Assembly: GCA_964016885.1 (NCBI GenBank)
Contig: OZ024743.1
Coordinates: 135,780,001 to 135,844,000, forward strand
Direction: 5' to 3'
DNA from: Eledone cirrhosa
Taxonomy: Eukaryota
DNA length: 64,000 nucleotides
Positions 48,201-61,189 of this stretch are shown piece after piece. The notes below the pieces were generated by a model. The model saw only the letters and a list, made by a program, of their open reading frames with translations, did no database searches and was not told where the DNA came from. Numbering within the stretch: position 1 is the stretch's first letter; the number at the start of each line of letters is the position of its first letter. The position numbers were made by a program, and so were the translations under genes.

Positions 48201-51200
48201 GGTGCTTGGTGCTTGGTGTTTGGTGCCTGGTGCTTGGTGCTTGGTGCTTGGTGTTTGGTGTTTGGTGCTTGGTGCTTGGTGCTTGGAGTTTGGTGCTGGG
48301 TGCTTTGTGTTTTGTGCTTGGTGCTTGGTGTTTGGTGTTTGCTGCTTGGTGTTTGATGCTTGGTGCTTGGTGCTTGGTGTTTTGTTTTTGGTGCTTGGTT
48401 CTTGGTGTTTGGTGCTTGGTGCTTGGTACTTGGTGTTTGTACTTGGTGCTTGGTGCTTGGTGTTTGGTTCTTGGTTCTTGGTGTTTGGTACTTGGTGCTT
48501 GGTGCTTGATGTTTGGTGTTTGGTGCTTGGTGTTTGGTGCTTGGTACTTGGTGCTTGGTGCTTGGTGTTTGGTGTTTGGTGCTTGGTGCTTGGTGTTTGG
48601 TTTTTGGTGCTTGGTGCTTGGTGTTTGGTGTTTGGTGCTTGCTGCTGGCTGCTTGGTGTTTGATGCTTGGTGATTGGTGCTTGGTGTTTTGTGCTTGGTG
48701 TTTGGTGTTTGGTGCTAGTTGCTTGGTGTTTGGTGCTTGGTGCTTGGTGCTTGGTGTTTGGTGTTTGGTGTTAGGTGCTTGATGCTTGGTGTTTGGTGCT
48801 TGGTGCTGGGTGGTTGGTGTTTAGTGCTTGGTGTTTGGTGCTGGGTGCTTGGTGTTTGGTGCTTGGTGCTTGGTCTTTGGTGCTTGGTGTTTGGTGTTTG
48901 GTGCTTGGTGCTTGGTGCTTGGTGTTTGGTGCTTGGTGCTTGGTGTTTGGTGCTTGGTGCTTAGTGTTTGGTGCTTGGTGCTTAGTGTTTGGTGCTAGGT
49001 GCTTGGTGTTTGGTGCTTGGTGCTTGGTGTGTGGTGCCTGGTGCTTGGTGTTTGGTGTTTGGTGTTTGGTGCTTGGTGCTTGGTCTTTGGTGCTTGGTGT
49101 TTGGTGTTGGGTGCTTGGTGCTTGGTGCTTGGTGTTTGGTGCTTGGTGCTTGGTGTTTGGTGCTTGGTGCTTAGTGTTTGGTGCTTGGTGCTTAGTGTTT
49201 GGTGCTAGGTGCTTGGTGTTTGGTGCTTGGTGCTTGGTGTGTGGTGCCTGGTGCTTGGTGTTTGGTGTTTGCTGTTTGCTGTTTGGTGTTTGTTGTTTGG
49301 TGTTTGTTGTTTGGTGTTTGCTGTTTGGTGCTTGGTGTTTGCTTTTTGGTGTTTGGTGTTTGCTGTATGTTGTTTGCTGTTTGGTGTTTGGTGTTTGGTG
49401 TTTGGTGCTTGGTGCTTGGTGTTTGGTGCTTGGTGCTTGGTGTTTGGTGCCTGGTGCTTGGTGCTTGGTGCTTGGTGTTTGGTGTTTGGTGCTTGGTGCT
49501 TGGAGTTTGGTGTTTGGTGCTTGGTGCTTGGTGTTTCGTGTTTCGTGTTTGGTTTTTGGTGCTTGGTGCTTGGTGCTTGGTGTTTGGTGTTTGGTGCTGG
49601 GTGCATTGTGTTTGGTGCTTGGTGCTTGGTGCTTGGTGTTTGGTGTTTGCTGCTTGGTGTTTGATGCTTGGTGCTTGGTGCTTGGTGTTTTGTGTTTGGT
49701 GCTTGGTGCTTGGTGTTTGGTGCTTGGTGCTTGGTGCTTGGTGTTTGTACTTGGTGCTTGGTGTTTGGTTCTTGGTTCTTGGTGTTTGGTGTTTGGCGTT
49801 TGGTGTTTGGTGCTTGGTGCTTGGTGTTTGGTGCTTGGTGCTTGGTGTTTGGTGCCTGGTGCTTGGTGCTTGGTGCTTGGTGTTTGGTGTTTGCTGTTTG
49901 CTGTTTGGTGTTTGTTGTTTGGTGTTTGTTGTTTGGTGTTTGCTGTTTGGCGTTTGGTGTTTGCTTTTTGGTGTTTGGTGTTTGCTGTATGTTGTTTGCT
50001 GTTTGGTGTTTGGTGTTTGGTGTTTGGTGCTTGGTGCTTGCTGCTGGCTGCTTGGTGTTTGATGCATGGTGATTTGTGCTTGGTGTTTGGTGCTTGGTGT
50101 TTGGTGTTTGATGCTTGGTGCTTGGTGTTTGGTGTTTGATGCTTGGTGCTTGGTGCTTGGTGCTTGGTGCTTGGTGTTTGGTGCTTGGTGTTTGGTGTTT
50201 GGTGCTTGGTTATTGGTGTTTCTACTTGGTGCTTGGTGCTTGGTTCTTGGTATTTGGTGCTTGGTGCTTGGTGTTTGGTGTTATATGCTTGTTGTTTGAT
50301 GCTTGGTGCTTGGTGCTAGGTGTTTGGTGTTTGGTGTTTGATGCTTGGTGCTTGGTGTTTGGTGCTTGGTGCTTGGTGTTTGTACTTGGTGCTTGGTGCT
50401 TGGTGCTTGGTGTTTGGTGCTTGGTATTTGGTGCTTGGTGCTTGGTGCTTGGTCCTTGGTGCTTGGTGTTTGGTGGTTGGTGTTTGGTGGTTGGTGTTAG
50501 GTGTTTGGTGCTTGGTGCTTGGTGTTTGGTGTTTGGTGCTTGGTGTTTGGTGTTTGGTGCTTGGTGTTTGGTGCTTGGTACTTGGTGCTTGGTGCTTGGT
50601 GTTAGGTGTTTGGTGCTTGGTGTTTGGTGCTTGGTGTTTGGTGCTTGGTGCTTGGTGCTTGGTGTTTGGTGGTTGGTGTTTGGTGCTTGGTGTTTGGTGC
50701 TTGGTGTTACGTGTTTGGTGCTTGGTGCTTGGTGTTTGGTGTTTGGTGCTTGGTGTTTGGTGTTTGGTGCTTGGTGTTTGGTGCTTTTTGCTTGGTGCTT
50801 GGTGCTTGGTGTTTGGTGCTGGGTGCTTGGTGCTTGGTGTTTGGTGTTATATGCTTGGTGTTTGATGCTTGGTGCTTGGTGCTTGGTGTTTGGTGTTTGG
50901 TGCTTGGTGTTTGATGCTTGGTGCTTGGTGCTTGGTGTTTGGTGTTTGGTGCTGGGTGTTTGGTGCTTGGTGCTTGGTGTTTGGTGCTTGGTGTTTGGTG
51001 CTTGGTGTTTGGTGCTTGGTGCTTGGTGCTTGGTGCTTGGTGTTTGGTGTTTGGTGCTTGGTGTTTGGTGCTTGGTACTTGGTGCTTGGTGCTTGGTGTT
51101 AGGTGTTTGGTGCTTGGTGCTTGGTGTCTGGTTTTTGGTGCTTGGTGCTTGGTGTTTGGTGCTTGCTGCTGGCTGCTTGGTGTTTGGTGCTTGGTGATTG

Positions 51201-54200
51201 GTGCTTGGTGTTTGGTGTTTGGTGCTAGGTGCTTGGTGTTTGGTGCTTGGTGCTTGGTGTTTGGTGCTTGGTGCTTGGTGTTTGGTGCTTGGTGTTTGGT
51301 GCTTGGTGTTTGGTGCTTGGTGCTTGGTGCTTGGTGTTTGGTGCTTGGTGTTTGGTGCTTGGTGTTAGGTGTTTGGTGCTTGGTGCTTGGTGTTTGGTGT
51401 TTGGTGCTTGGTGTTTGGTGTTTGGTGTTATATGCTTGGTGTTTGATGCTTGGTGCTTGGTGCTTGGTGTTTGGTGCTTGGTGTTTGATGCTTGGTGCTT
51501 GGTGCTTGGTGTTTGGTGCTTGGTGCTTGGTGTTTGTACTTGGTGCTTGGTGCTTGGTTCTTGGTGTTTGGTTCTTGGTGTTTGGTGTTTGGTGCTTGGT
51601 GTTTGGTGTTTGGTGTTATATGCTTGGTGTTCGATGCTTGGTGCTTGGTGCTTGGTGTTTGGTGCTTGGTGTTTGATGCTTGGTGCTTGGTGCTTGGTGT
51701 TTGGTGCTTGGTGCTTGGTGTTTGTACTTGGTGCTTGGTGCTTGGTTCTTGGTGTTTGGTGCTTGGTGCTTGGTGTTTGGTGCTTGGTGCTTGGTGTTTG
51801 GTGCTTGGTGTTTGGTGCTTGGTGTTTGGTGCTTGGTGCTTGGTGCTTAGTGCTTGGTGTTTGGTGCTTGGTGTTAGGTGTTTGGTGCTTGGTGCTTGGT
51901 GTCTGGTGTTTGGTGCTTGGTGTTTGGTGCTTGGTGTTTGGTGTTAGGTGTTTGGTGCTTGGTGTTTGGTGTTTGGTTCTTGGTGTTTGGTGCTTGGTGT
52001 TTGGTGCTTGGTGTTTGGTGCTTGGTACTTGGTGCTTGGTGCTTCGTATTAGGTGTTTGGTGCTTGGTGCTTGGTGTTTGGTTTTTGGTGCTTGGTGCTT
52101 GGTGTTTGGTGTTTGGTGCTTGCTGCTGGCTGCTTGGTGTTTGATGCTTGGTGATTGGTGCTTGGTGTTTTGTGCTTGGTGTTTGGTGTTTGGTGCTAGG
52201 TGCTTGGTGTTTGGTGCTTGGTGCTTGGTGCTTGGTGTTTGGTGTTTGGTTTTAGGTGCTTGGTGCTTGGTGTTTGGTGCTTGGTGCTGGGTGGTTGGTG
52301 TTTAGTGCTTGGTGTTTGGTGCTGGGTGCTTGGTGTTTGGTGCTTGGTGCTTGGTCTTTGGTGCTTGGTGTTTGGTGTTTGGTGCTTGGTGCTTGGTGCT
52401 TGGTGTTTGGTGCTTGGTGCTTGGTGTTTGGTGCTTGGTGCTTAGTGTTTGGTGCTTGGTGCTTAGTGTTTGGTGTTTGGTGCTTGGTGCTTGGTGTTTG
52501 GTGCTTACTGTTTGGTGCTTGGTGCTTGGTGTTTGGTGTTTGCTGTTTGCTGTTTGGTGTTTGTTGTTTGGTGTTTGTTGTTTGGTGCTGGCTGTTTGGT
52601 GTTTGGTGTTTGCTTTTTGGTGTTTGGTGTTTGCTGTATGTTGTTTGGTGTTTGGTGTTTGGTGTTTGGTGTTTGGTGCTTGTTGCTTGGTGTTTGGTGC
52701 TTGGTGCTTGGTGTTTGGTGCCTGGTGCTTGGTGCTAGGTGCTTGGTGTTTGGTGTTTGGTGCTTGGTGCTTGGAGTTTGGTGTTTGGTGCTTGGTGCTT
52801 GGTGTTTCGTGTTTCGTGTTTGGTTTTTGGTGCTTGGTGCTTGGTGCTTGGTCCTTGGTGTTTGGTGCTGGGTGCATTGTGTTTGGTGCTTGGTGCTTGG
52901 TGCTTGGTGTTTGGTGTTTGCTGCTTGGTGTTTGATGCTTGGTGCTTGGTGGTTGGTGTTTTGTGTTTGTTGCTTGGTGCTTGGTGTTTGGTGCTTGGTG
53001 CTTGGTGCTTGGTGTTTGTACTTGGTGCTTGGTGATTGGTGTTTGGTTCTTGGTTCTTGGTGTTTGGTGTTTGGCGTTTGGTGTTTGGTGCTTGGTGCTT
53101 GGTGTTTGGTGCTTGGTGCTTGGTGTTTGGTGCCTGGTGCTTGGTGCTTGGTGCTTGGTGTTTGGTGTTTGGTGCTTGGTGCTTGGTGCTTGGAGTTTGG
53201 TGTTTGGTGCTTGGTGCTTTGTGTTTTGTGTTTGGTGTTTGGTTTTTGGTGCTTGGTGCTTGGTCCTTGGTGTTTGGTGCTGGGTGCTTTGTGTTTTGTG
53301 CTTGGTGCTTGGTGTTTGGTGTTTGCTGCTTGGTGTTTGATGCTTGGTGCTTGGTGCTTGGTGTTTTGTTTTTGGTGCTTGGTTCTTGGTGTTTGGTGCT
53401 TGGTGCTTGGTACTTGGTGTTTGTACTTGGTGCTTGGTGCTTGGTGTTTGGTTCTTGGTTCTTGGTGTTTGGTACTTGGTGCTTGGTGCTTGATGTTTGG
53501 TGTTTGGTGCTTGGTGTTTGGTGCTTGGTACTTGGTGCTTGGTGCTTGGTGTTTGGTGTTTGGTGCTTGGTGCTTGGTGTTTGGTTTTTGGTGCTTGGTG
53601 CTTGGTGTTTGGTGTTTGGTGCTTGCTGCTGGCTGCTTGGTGTTTGATGCTTGGTGATTGGTGCTTGGTGTTTTGTGCTTGGTGTTTGGTGTTTGGTGCT
53701 AGTTGCTTGGTGTTTGGTGCTTGGTGCTTGGTGCTTGGTGTTTGGTGTTTGGTGTTAGGTGCTTGATGCTTGGTGTTTGGTGCTTGGTGCTGGGTGGTTG
53801 GTGTTTAGTGCTTGGTGTTTGGTGCTGGGTGCTTGGTGTTTGGTGCTTGGTGCTTGGTCTTTGGTGCTTGGTGTTTGGTGTTTGGTGCTTGGTGCTTGGT
53901 GCTTGGTGTTTGGTGCTTGGTGCTTGGTGTTTGGTGCTTGGTGCTTAGTGTTTGGTGCTTGGTGCTTAGTGTTTGGTGCTAGGTGCTTGGTGTTTGGTGC
54001 TTGGTGCTTGGTGTGTGGTGCCTGGTGCTTGGTGTTTGGTGTTTGGTGTTTGGTGCTTGGTGCTTGGTCTTTGGTGCTTGGTGTTTGGTGTTTGGTGCTT
54101 GGTGCTTGGTGCTTGGTGTTTGGTGCTTGGTGCTTGGTGTTTGGTGCTTGGTGCTTAGTGTTTGGTGCTTGGTGCTTAGTGTTTGGTGCTAGGTGCTTGG

Positions 54201-54850
54201 TGTTTGGTGCTTGGTGCTTGGTGTGTGGTGCCTGGTGCTTGGTGTTTGGTGTTTGCTGTTTGCTGTTTGGTGTTTGTTGTTTGGTCTTTGTTGTTTGGTG
54301 TTTGCTGTTTGGTGCTTGGTGTTTGCTTTTTGGTGTTTGGTGTTTGCTGTATGTTGTTTGCTGTTTGGTGTTTGGTGTTTGGTGTTTGGTGCTTGGTGCT
54401 TGGTGTTTGGTGCTTGGTGCTTGGTGTTTGGTGCCTGGTGCTTGGTGCTTGGTGCTTGGTGTTTGGTGTTTGGTGCTTGGTGCTTGGAGTTTGGTGTTTG
54501 GTGCTTGGTGCTTGGTGTTTCGTGTTTCGTGTTTGGTTTTTGGTGCTTGGTGCTTGGTGCTTGGTGTTTGGTGTTTGGTGCTGGGTGCATTGTGTTTGGT
54601 GCTTGGTGCTTGGTGCTTGGTGTTTGGTGTTTGCTGCTTGGTGTTTGATGCTTGGTGCTTGGTGCTTGGTGTTTTGTGTTTGGTGCTTGGTGCTTGGTGT
54701 TTGGTGCTTGGTGCTTGGTGCTTGGTGTTTGTACTTGGTGCTTGGTGTTTGGTTCTTGGTTCTTGGTGTTTGGTGTTTGGCGTTTGGTGTTTGGTGCTTG
54801 GTGCTTGGTGTTTGGTGCTTGGTGCTTGGTGTTTGGTGCCTGGTGCTTGG
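43600..54850. repeat. Higher-order repeat of about 4.9-5.0 kb, about 2.3 copies
   Basis: Offset 4907 (43868/48775, 45208/50115, 46322/51229, 47349/52256), then 4984 (48513/53497, 48775/53759). The 77-bp (11-monomer) difference maps to about 48290. Confidence 0.93.
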
Positions 54851-57800
54851 TGCTTGGTGCTCGGTGTTTGGTGTTTGGTGCTTGGTGCTTGGTGCTTGGA
54901 GTTTGGTGTTTGGTGCTTGGTGCTTTGTGTTTTGTGTTTGGTGTTTGGTTTTTGGTGCTTGGTGCTTGGTCCTTGGTGTTTGGTGCTGGGTGTTTGTGTT
55001 TGGTGCTTGGTGCTTGGTGTTTGGTGTTTGCTGCTTGGTGTTTGATGCTTGGTGCTTGGTGCTTGGTGTTTTGTGTTTGGTGCTTGGTGTTTGTACTTGG
55101 TGCTTGGTGCTTGGTGTTTGGTTCTTGGTTCTTGGTGTTTGGTACTTGGTGCTTGGTGCTTGATGTTTGGTGTTTGGTGCTTGGTGTTTGGTGCTTGGTG
55201 CTTGGTGCTTGGTGTTAGGTGTTTGGTGCTTGGTCCTTGGTGTTTGGTGCTTGGTGTTTGGTGTTTGCTGTTTGGTGTTTGGTGTTTGGTGTTTGCTGTT
55301 TGGTGTCTGCTTTTTGGTGTTCAGTGTTTGCTGTATGGTGTTTGGTGTTTGCTGTTTGGTGTTTGGTCTTTGGTGCTTGGTGTTTGGTGCTTGGTGCTTG
55401 GTGTTTGGTGTTTGGTGTTTGGTGCTTGGTGTTTGGTGTTTGGTGCTTGGTGTTTGGTGTTTGGTGCTTGGTGTCTGGTGCTTGGTGTTTGGTTTTTGGT
55501 GCTTGGTGTTTGGTGTTTGGTGTTTGTTGTTTGGTGTTTAGTGCTTGGTGCTTGGTGTTTGGTGTTTCGTGTTTGGTGCTTGGTGTCTGGTGCTTGGTGT
55601 TTGTTGTTTGGTGTTTGGTGTTTGGTGTTTGGTGTTTGGTGCTTGGTGCTTGGTGCGTGGTGTTTGGTGTTTGGTGCTTGGTGTTTGGTGCTTGGTGCTG
55701 GGTGGTTGGTGTTTGGTGCTTGGTGTTTGGTGTTTGGTGTTTGATGCTTGGTGCTTGGTGTTTGGTGATTGGTGCTTGGTGCTTGGTGCTTGGTGCTTGG
55801 TGCTTGGTGTTTGGTGCTTGGTGCTTGGTGTTTGGTGCTTGGTGCTTGGTGCTTGGTGTTTGGTTTTTGGTGCTTGGTGTTTGGTGTTTGGTGTTTGGTG
55901 CTTGCTGCTGGCTGCTTGGTGTTTGATGCATGGTGATTTGTGCTTGGTGATTGGTGTTTGTACTTGGTGCTTGGTGCTTGGTTCTTGGTGTTTGGTGCTT
56001 GGTGCTTGGTGTTTGGTGTTATATGCTTGGTGTTTGATGCTTGGTGCTTGGTGTTTGGTGCTTGGTGCTTGGTGTTTGTACTTGGTGCTTGGTGCTTGGT
56101 GCTTGGTGTTTGGTGCTTGGTGTTTGGTGCTTGGTGCTTGGTGCTTGGTCCTTGGTGCTTGGTGTTTGGTGGTTGGTGTTTGGTGGTTGGTGTTAGGTGT
56201 TTGGTGCTTGGTGCTTGGTGTTTGGTGTTTGGTGCTTGGTGTTTGGTGTTTGGTGCTTGGTGTTTGGTGCTTGGTACTTGGTGCTTGGTGCTTGGTGTTA
56301 GGTGTTTGGTGCTTGGTGTTTGGTGCTTGGTGTTTGGTGCTTGGTGCTTGGTGCTTGGTGCTTGGTGTTTGGTGGTTGGTGTTTGGTGCTTGGTGTTTGG
56401 TGCTTGGTGTTACGTGTTTGGTGCTTGGTGCTTGGTGTTTGGTGTTTGGTGCTTGGTGTTTGGTGTTTGGTGCTTGGTGTTTGGTGCTTTTTGCTTGGTG
56501 CTTGGTGCTTGGTGTTTGGTGCTGGGTGCTTGGTGCTTGGTGTTTGGTGTTATATGCTTGGTGTTTGATGCTTGGTGCTTGGTGCTTGGTGTTTGGTGTT
56601 TGGTGCTTGGTGTTTGATGCTTGGTGCTTGGTGCTTGGTGTTTGGTGCTTGGTGCTTGGTGTTTGGTGCTTGGTGCTTGGTGTTTGGTGCTTGGTGTTTG
56701 GTGCTTGGTGTTAGGTGTTTGGTGCTTGGTGCTTGGTGTTTGGTGTTTGGTGCTTGGTGTTTGGTGTTTGGTGCTTGGTGTTTGGTGCTTGGTACTTGGT
56801 GCTTGGTGCTTGGTGTTAGGTGTTTGGTGCTTGGTGTTTGGTGCTTGGTGTTTGGTGGTTGGTGTTTGGTGCTTGGTGTTAGGTGTTTGGTGCTTGGTGC
56901 TTGGTGTTTGGTGTTTGGTGCTTGGTGTTTGGTGTTTGGTGCTTGGTGTTTGGTGCTTTTTGCTTGGTGCTTGGTGCTTGGTGTTTGGTGCTTGGTTCTT
57001 GGTGTTTGGTGCTGGGTGCTTGGTGTTTGGTGTTTGGTGTTATATGCTTGGTGTTTGATGCTTGGTGCTTGGTGCTTGGTGTTTGGTGTTTGGTGCTTGG
57101 TGTTTGATGCTTGGTGTTTGGTGCTTGGTGTTTGGTGCTTGGTGCTTGGTGTTTGGTGCTTGGTGCTTGGTGCTTGGTGTTTGGTGCTTGGTGCTTGGTG
57201 TTAGGTGTTTGGTGCTTGGTGCTTGGTGTTTGGTGTTTGGTGCTTGGTGTTTGGTATTTGGTGTTTGGTGTTTGGTGCTTGGTACTTGGTGCTTGGTGCT
57301 TGGTGTTAGGTGTTTGGTGCTTGGTGTTTGGTGTCTGGTTTTTGGTGCTTGGTGCTTGGTGTTTGGTGCTTGCTGCTGGCTGCTTGGTGTTTGGTGCTTG
57401 GTGATTGGTGCTTGGTGTTTGGTGCTTGGTGTTTGGTGTTTGGTGCTAGGTGCTTGGTGTTTGGTGCTTGGTGCTTGGTGTTTGTACTTGGTGCTTGGTG
57501 CTTGGTTCTTGGTGTTTGGTGCTTGGTGCTTGGTGTTTGGTGCTTGGTGCTTGGTGTTTGGTGCTTGGTGTTTGGTGCTTGGTGATTGGTGCTTGGTGCT
57601 TGGTGCTTGGTGTTTGGTGCTTGGTGTTTGGTGCTTGGTGTTAGGTGTTTGGTGCTTGGTGCTTGGTGTTAGGTGTTTGGTGCTTGGTGTTTGGTGCTTG
57701 GTGTTTGGTGCTTGGTGCTTGGTGCTTGGTGCTTGGTGTTTGGTGGTTGGTGTTTGGTGCTTGGTGTTAGGTGTTTGGTGCTTGGTGCTTGGTGTTTGGT

Positions 57801-60534
57801 GTTTGGTGCTTGGTGTTTGGTGTTTGGTGCTTGGTGTTTGGTGCTTTTTGCTTGGTGCTTGGTGCTTGGTGTTTGGTGCTTGGTGCTTGGTGTTTGGTGC
57901 TGGGTGCTTGGTGTTTGGTGTTTGGTGTTATATGCTTGGTGTTTGATGCTTGGTGCTTGGTGCTTGGTGTTTGGTGTTTGGTGCTTGGTGTTTGATGCTT
58001 GGTGCTTGGTGCTTGGTGTTTGGTGCTTGGTGCTTGGTGTTTGGTGCTTGGTGCTTGGTGTTTGGTGCTTGGTGTTTGGTGCTTGGTGTTTGGTGCTTGG
58101 TGCTTGGTGCTTGGTGCTTGGTGTTTGGTGGTTGGTGCTTGGTGCTTGGTGTTAGGTGTTTGGTGCTTGGTGCTTGGTGTTTGGTGTTTGGTGCTTGGTG
58201 TTTGGTGTTTGGTGCTTGGTGTTTGGTGCTTGGTACTTGGTGCTTGGTGCTTGGTGTTAGGTGTTTGGTGCTTGGTGTTTGGTGTCTGGTTTTTGGTGCT
58301 TGGTGCTTGGTGCTTAGTGTTTGGTGCTTGGTGCTTAGTGTTTGGTGCTAGGTGCTTGGTGTTTGGTGCTTGGTGCTTGGTGTTTGGTGCCTGGTGCTTG
58401 GTGTTTGGTGTTTGGTGTTTGGTGCTTGGTGCTTGGTGTTTGGTGTTTGCTGTTTGCTGTTTGTTGTTTGGTGTTTGCTGTTTGGTGTTTGGTGTTTGCT
58501 TTTTGGTGCTTGGTGTTTGATGCTTGGTGCTTGGTGCTTGGTGTTTGGTGCTTGGTGCTTGGTGTTTGGTGTTTGGTGCTTGGTGCTTGGTGTTTGGTGC
58601 TTGCTGCTGGCTGCTTGGTGTTTGGTGCTTGGTGATTGGTGCTTGGTGTTTGGTGCTTGGTGTTTGGTGTTTGGTGCTAGGTGCTTGGTGTTTGGTGCTT
58701 GGTGCTTGGTGTTTGTACTTGGTGCTTGGTGCTTGGTTCTTGGTGTTTGGTGCTTGGTGCTTGGTGTTTGGTGCTTGGTGTTTGGTGCTTGGTGTTTGGT
58801 GTTTGGTGCTTGGTGCTTGGTGTTTGGTGCTTGGTGTTTGGTGCTTGGTGTTAGGTGTTTGGTGCTTGGTGCTTGGTGTTTGGTGTTTGGTGCTTGGTGT
58901 TTGGTGCTTGGTGTTTGGTGTTAGGTGTTTGGTGCTTGGTGTTTGGTGTTTGGTGCTTGGTGTTTGGTGCTTGGTGTTTGGTGCTTGGTGTTTGGTGCTT
59001 GGTACTTGGTGCTTGGTGCTTGGTGTTAGGTGTTTGGTGCTTGGTGCTTGGTGTTTGGTTTTTGGTGCTTGGTGCTTGGTGTTTGGTGTTTGGGGCTTGC
59101 TGCTGGCTGCTTGGTGTTTGATGCTTGGTGATTGGTGCTTGGTGTTTTGTGCTTGGTGTTTGGTGTTTGGTGTTTGGTGCTAGGTGCTTGGTGTTTGGTG
59201 CTTGGTGCTTGGTGCTTGGTGTTTGGTCTTTGGTGCTTGGTGTTTGGTGTTTGGTGCTTGGTGCTTGGTGCTTGGTGTTTGGTGCTTGGTGCTTGGTGTT
59301 TGGTGCTTGGTGCTTAGTGTTTGGTGCTTGGTGCTTAGTGTTTGGTGCTAGGTGCTTGGTGTTTGGTGCTTGATGCTTGGTGTTTGGTGCTTGGTGCTGG
59401 GTGGTTGGTGTTTAGTGCTTGGTGTTTGGTGCTGGGTGCTTGGTGTTTGGTGCTTGGTGCTTGGTCTTTGGTGCTTGGTGTTTGGTGTTTGGTGCTTGGT
59501 GCTTGGTGCTTGGTGTTTGGTGCTTGGTGCTTGGTGTTTGGTGCTTGGTGCTTAGTGTTTGGTGCTTGGTGCTTAGTGTTTGGTGCTAGGTGCTTGGTGT
59601 TTGGTGCTTGGTGCTTGGTGTTTGGTGCCTGGTGCTTGGTGTTTGGTGTTTGGTGTTTGGTGCTTGGTGCTTGGTGTTTGGTGTTTGCTGTTTGCTGTTT
59701 GTTGTTTGGTGTTTGCTGTTTGGTGTTTGGTGTTTGCTTTTTGGTGTTTGGTGTTTGCTGTATGTTGTTTGCTGTTTGGTGTTTGGTGTTTGCTGTTTGG
59801 TGCTTGGTGTTCGGTGCTTGGTGCTTGGTGTTTGGTGCCTGGTGCTTGGTGCTTGGTGCTTGGTGTTTGGTGTTTGGTGCTTGGTGCTTGGAGTTTGGTG
59901 TTTGGTGCTTGGTGCTTGGTGTTTCATGTTTCGTGTTTGGTTTTTGGTGCTTGGTGCTTGGTGTTTGGCGTTTGGTTCTTGGTTCTTGGTGTTTGGTGTT
60001 TGGCGTTTGGTGTTTGGTGCTTGGTGCTTGGTGTTTGGTGCTTGGTGCTTGGTGTTTGGTGCCTGGTGCTTGGTGCTTGGTGTTTGGTGTTTGGTGCTTG
60101 GTGCTTGGTGCTTGGAGTTTGGTGTTTGGTGCTTGGTGCTTTGTGTTTTGTGTTTGGTGTTTGGTTTTTGGTGCTTGGTGCTTGGTCCTTGGTGTTTGGT
60201 GCTGGGTGCTTTGTGTTTGGTGCTTGGTGCTTGGTGTTTGATGCTTGGTGCTTGGTGCTTGGTGTTTTGTGTTTGGTGCTTGGTTCTTGGTGTTTGGTGC
60301 TTGGTGCTTGGTACTTGGTGTTTGTACTTGGTGCTTGGTGCTTGGTGTTTGGTTCTTGGTTCTTGGTGTTTGGTACTTGGTGCTTCGTGCTTGATGTTTG
60401 GTGTTTGGTGCTTGGTGTTTGGTGCTTGGTGCTTGGTGCTTGGTGTTAGGTGTTTGGTGCTTGGTCCTTGGTGTTTGGTGCTTGGTGTTTGGTGTTTGCT
60501 GTTTGGTGTTTGGTGTTTGGTGTTTGGTGTTTGC

Positions 60535-60655
60535 TGTTTGGTGTCTGCTTTTTGGTGTTCAGTGTTTGCTGTATGGTGTTTGGTGTTTGCTGTTTGGTGT
60601 CTGCTTTTTGGTGTTCAGTGTTTGCTGTATGGTGTTTGGTGTTTGCTGTTTGGTG
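60535..60655. repeat. 56-bp (8-monomer) tandem duplication of the GGTGTCT-GCTTTTT-GGTGTTC-AGTGTTT-GCTGTAT block
   Basis: GTCTGCTTTTTGGTGTTCAG at 60543 and 60599; single copy at about 55305. Confidence 0.9.
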
Positions 60656-61189
60656 TTTGGTCTTTAGTCCTTGGTGTTTGGTGCTTGGTGCTTGGTGTTT
60701 GGTGTTTGGTGCTTGGTGCTTGGTGTTTGGTGTTTGGTGCTTGGTGTTTGGTGTTTGGTGCTTGGTGTCTGGTGCTTGGTGTTTGGTTTTTGGTGCTTGG
60801 TGTTTGGTGTTTGGTGTTTGGTGTTTGGTGCTTGGTGCTTGGTGTTTGGTGTTTGGTGCTTGGTGTCTGGTGCTTGGTGTTTGGTGTTTGGTGCTTGGTG
60901 TTTGGTGTTTGGTGTTTGGTGCTTGGTGCTTGGTGCTTGGTGCTTGGTGTTTGGTGTTTGGTGCTTGGTTTTTGGTGCTTGGTGCTGGGTGGTTGGTGTT
61001 TGGTGCTTGGTGTTTGGTGCTGGGTGCTTGGTGTTTGGTGCTGGGTGCTTGGTGTTTGGTGCTTGGTGCTTGGTCTTTGGTGCTTGGTGTTTGGTGTTTG
61101 GTGCTTGGTGCTTGGCGTTTGGTGGTTGGTGCTTGGTGTTTGGTGCTTGGTGCTTGGTGTTTGGTTTTTGGTGCTTGGTGCTTGGTGTT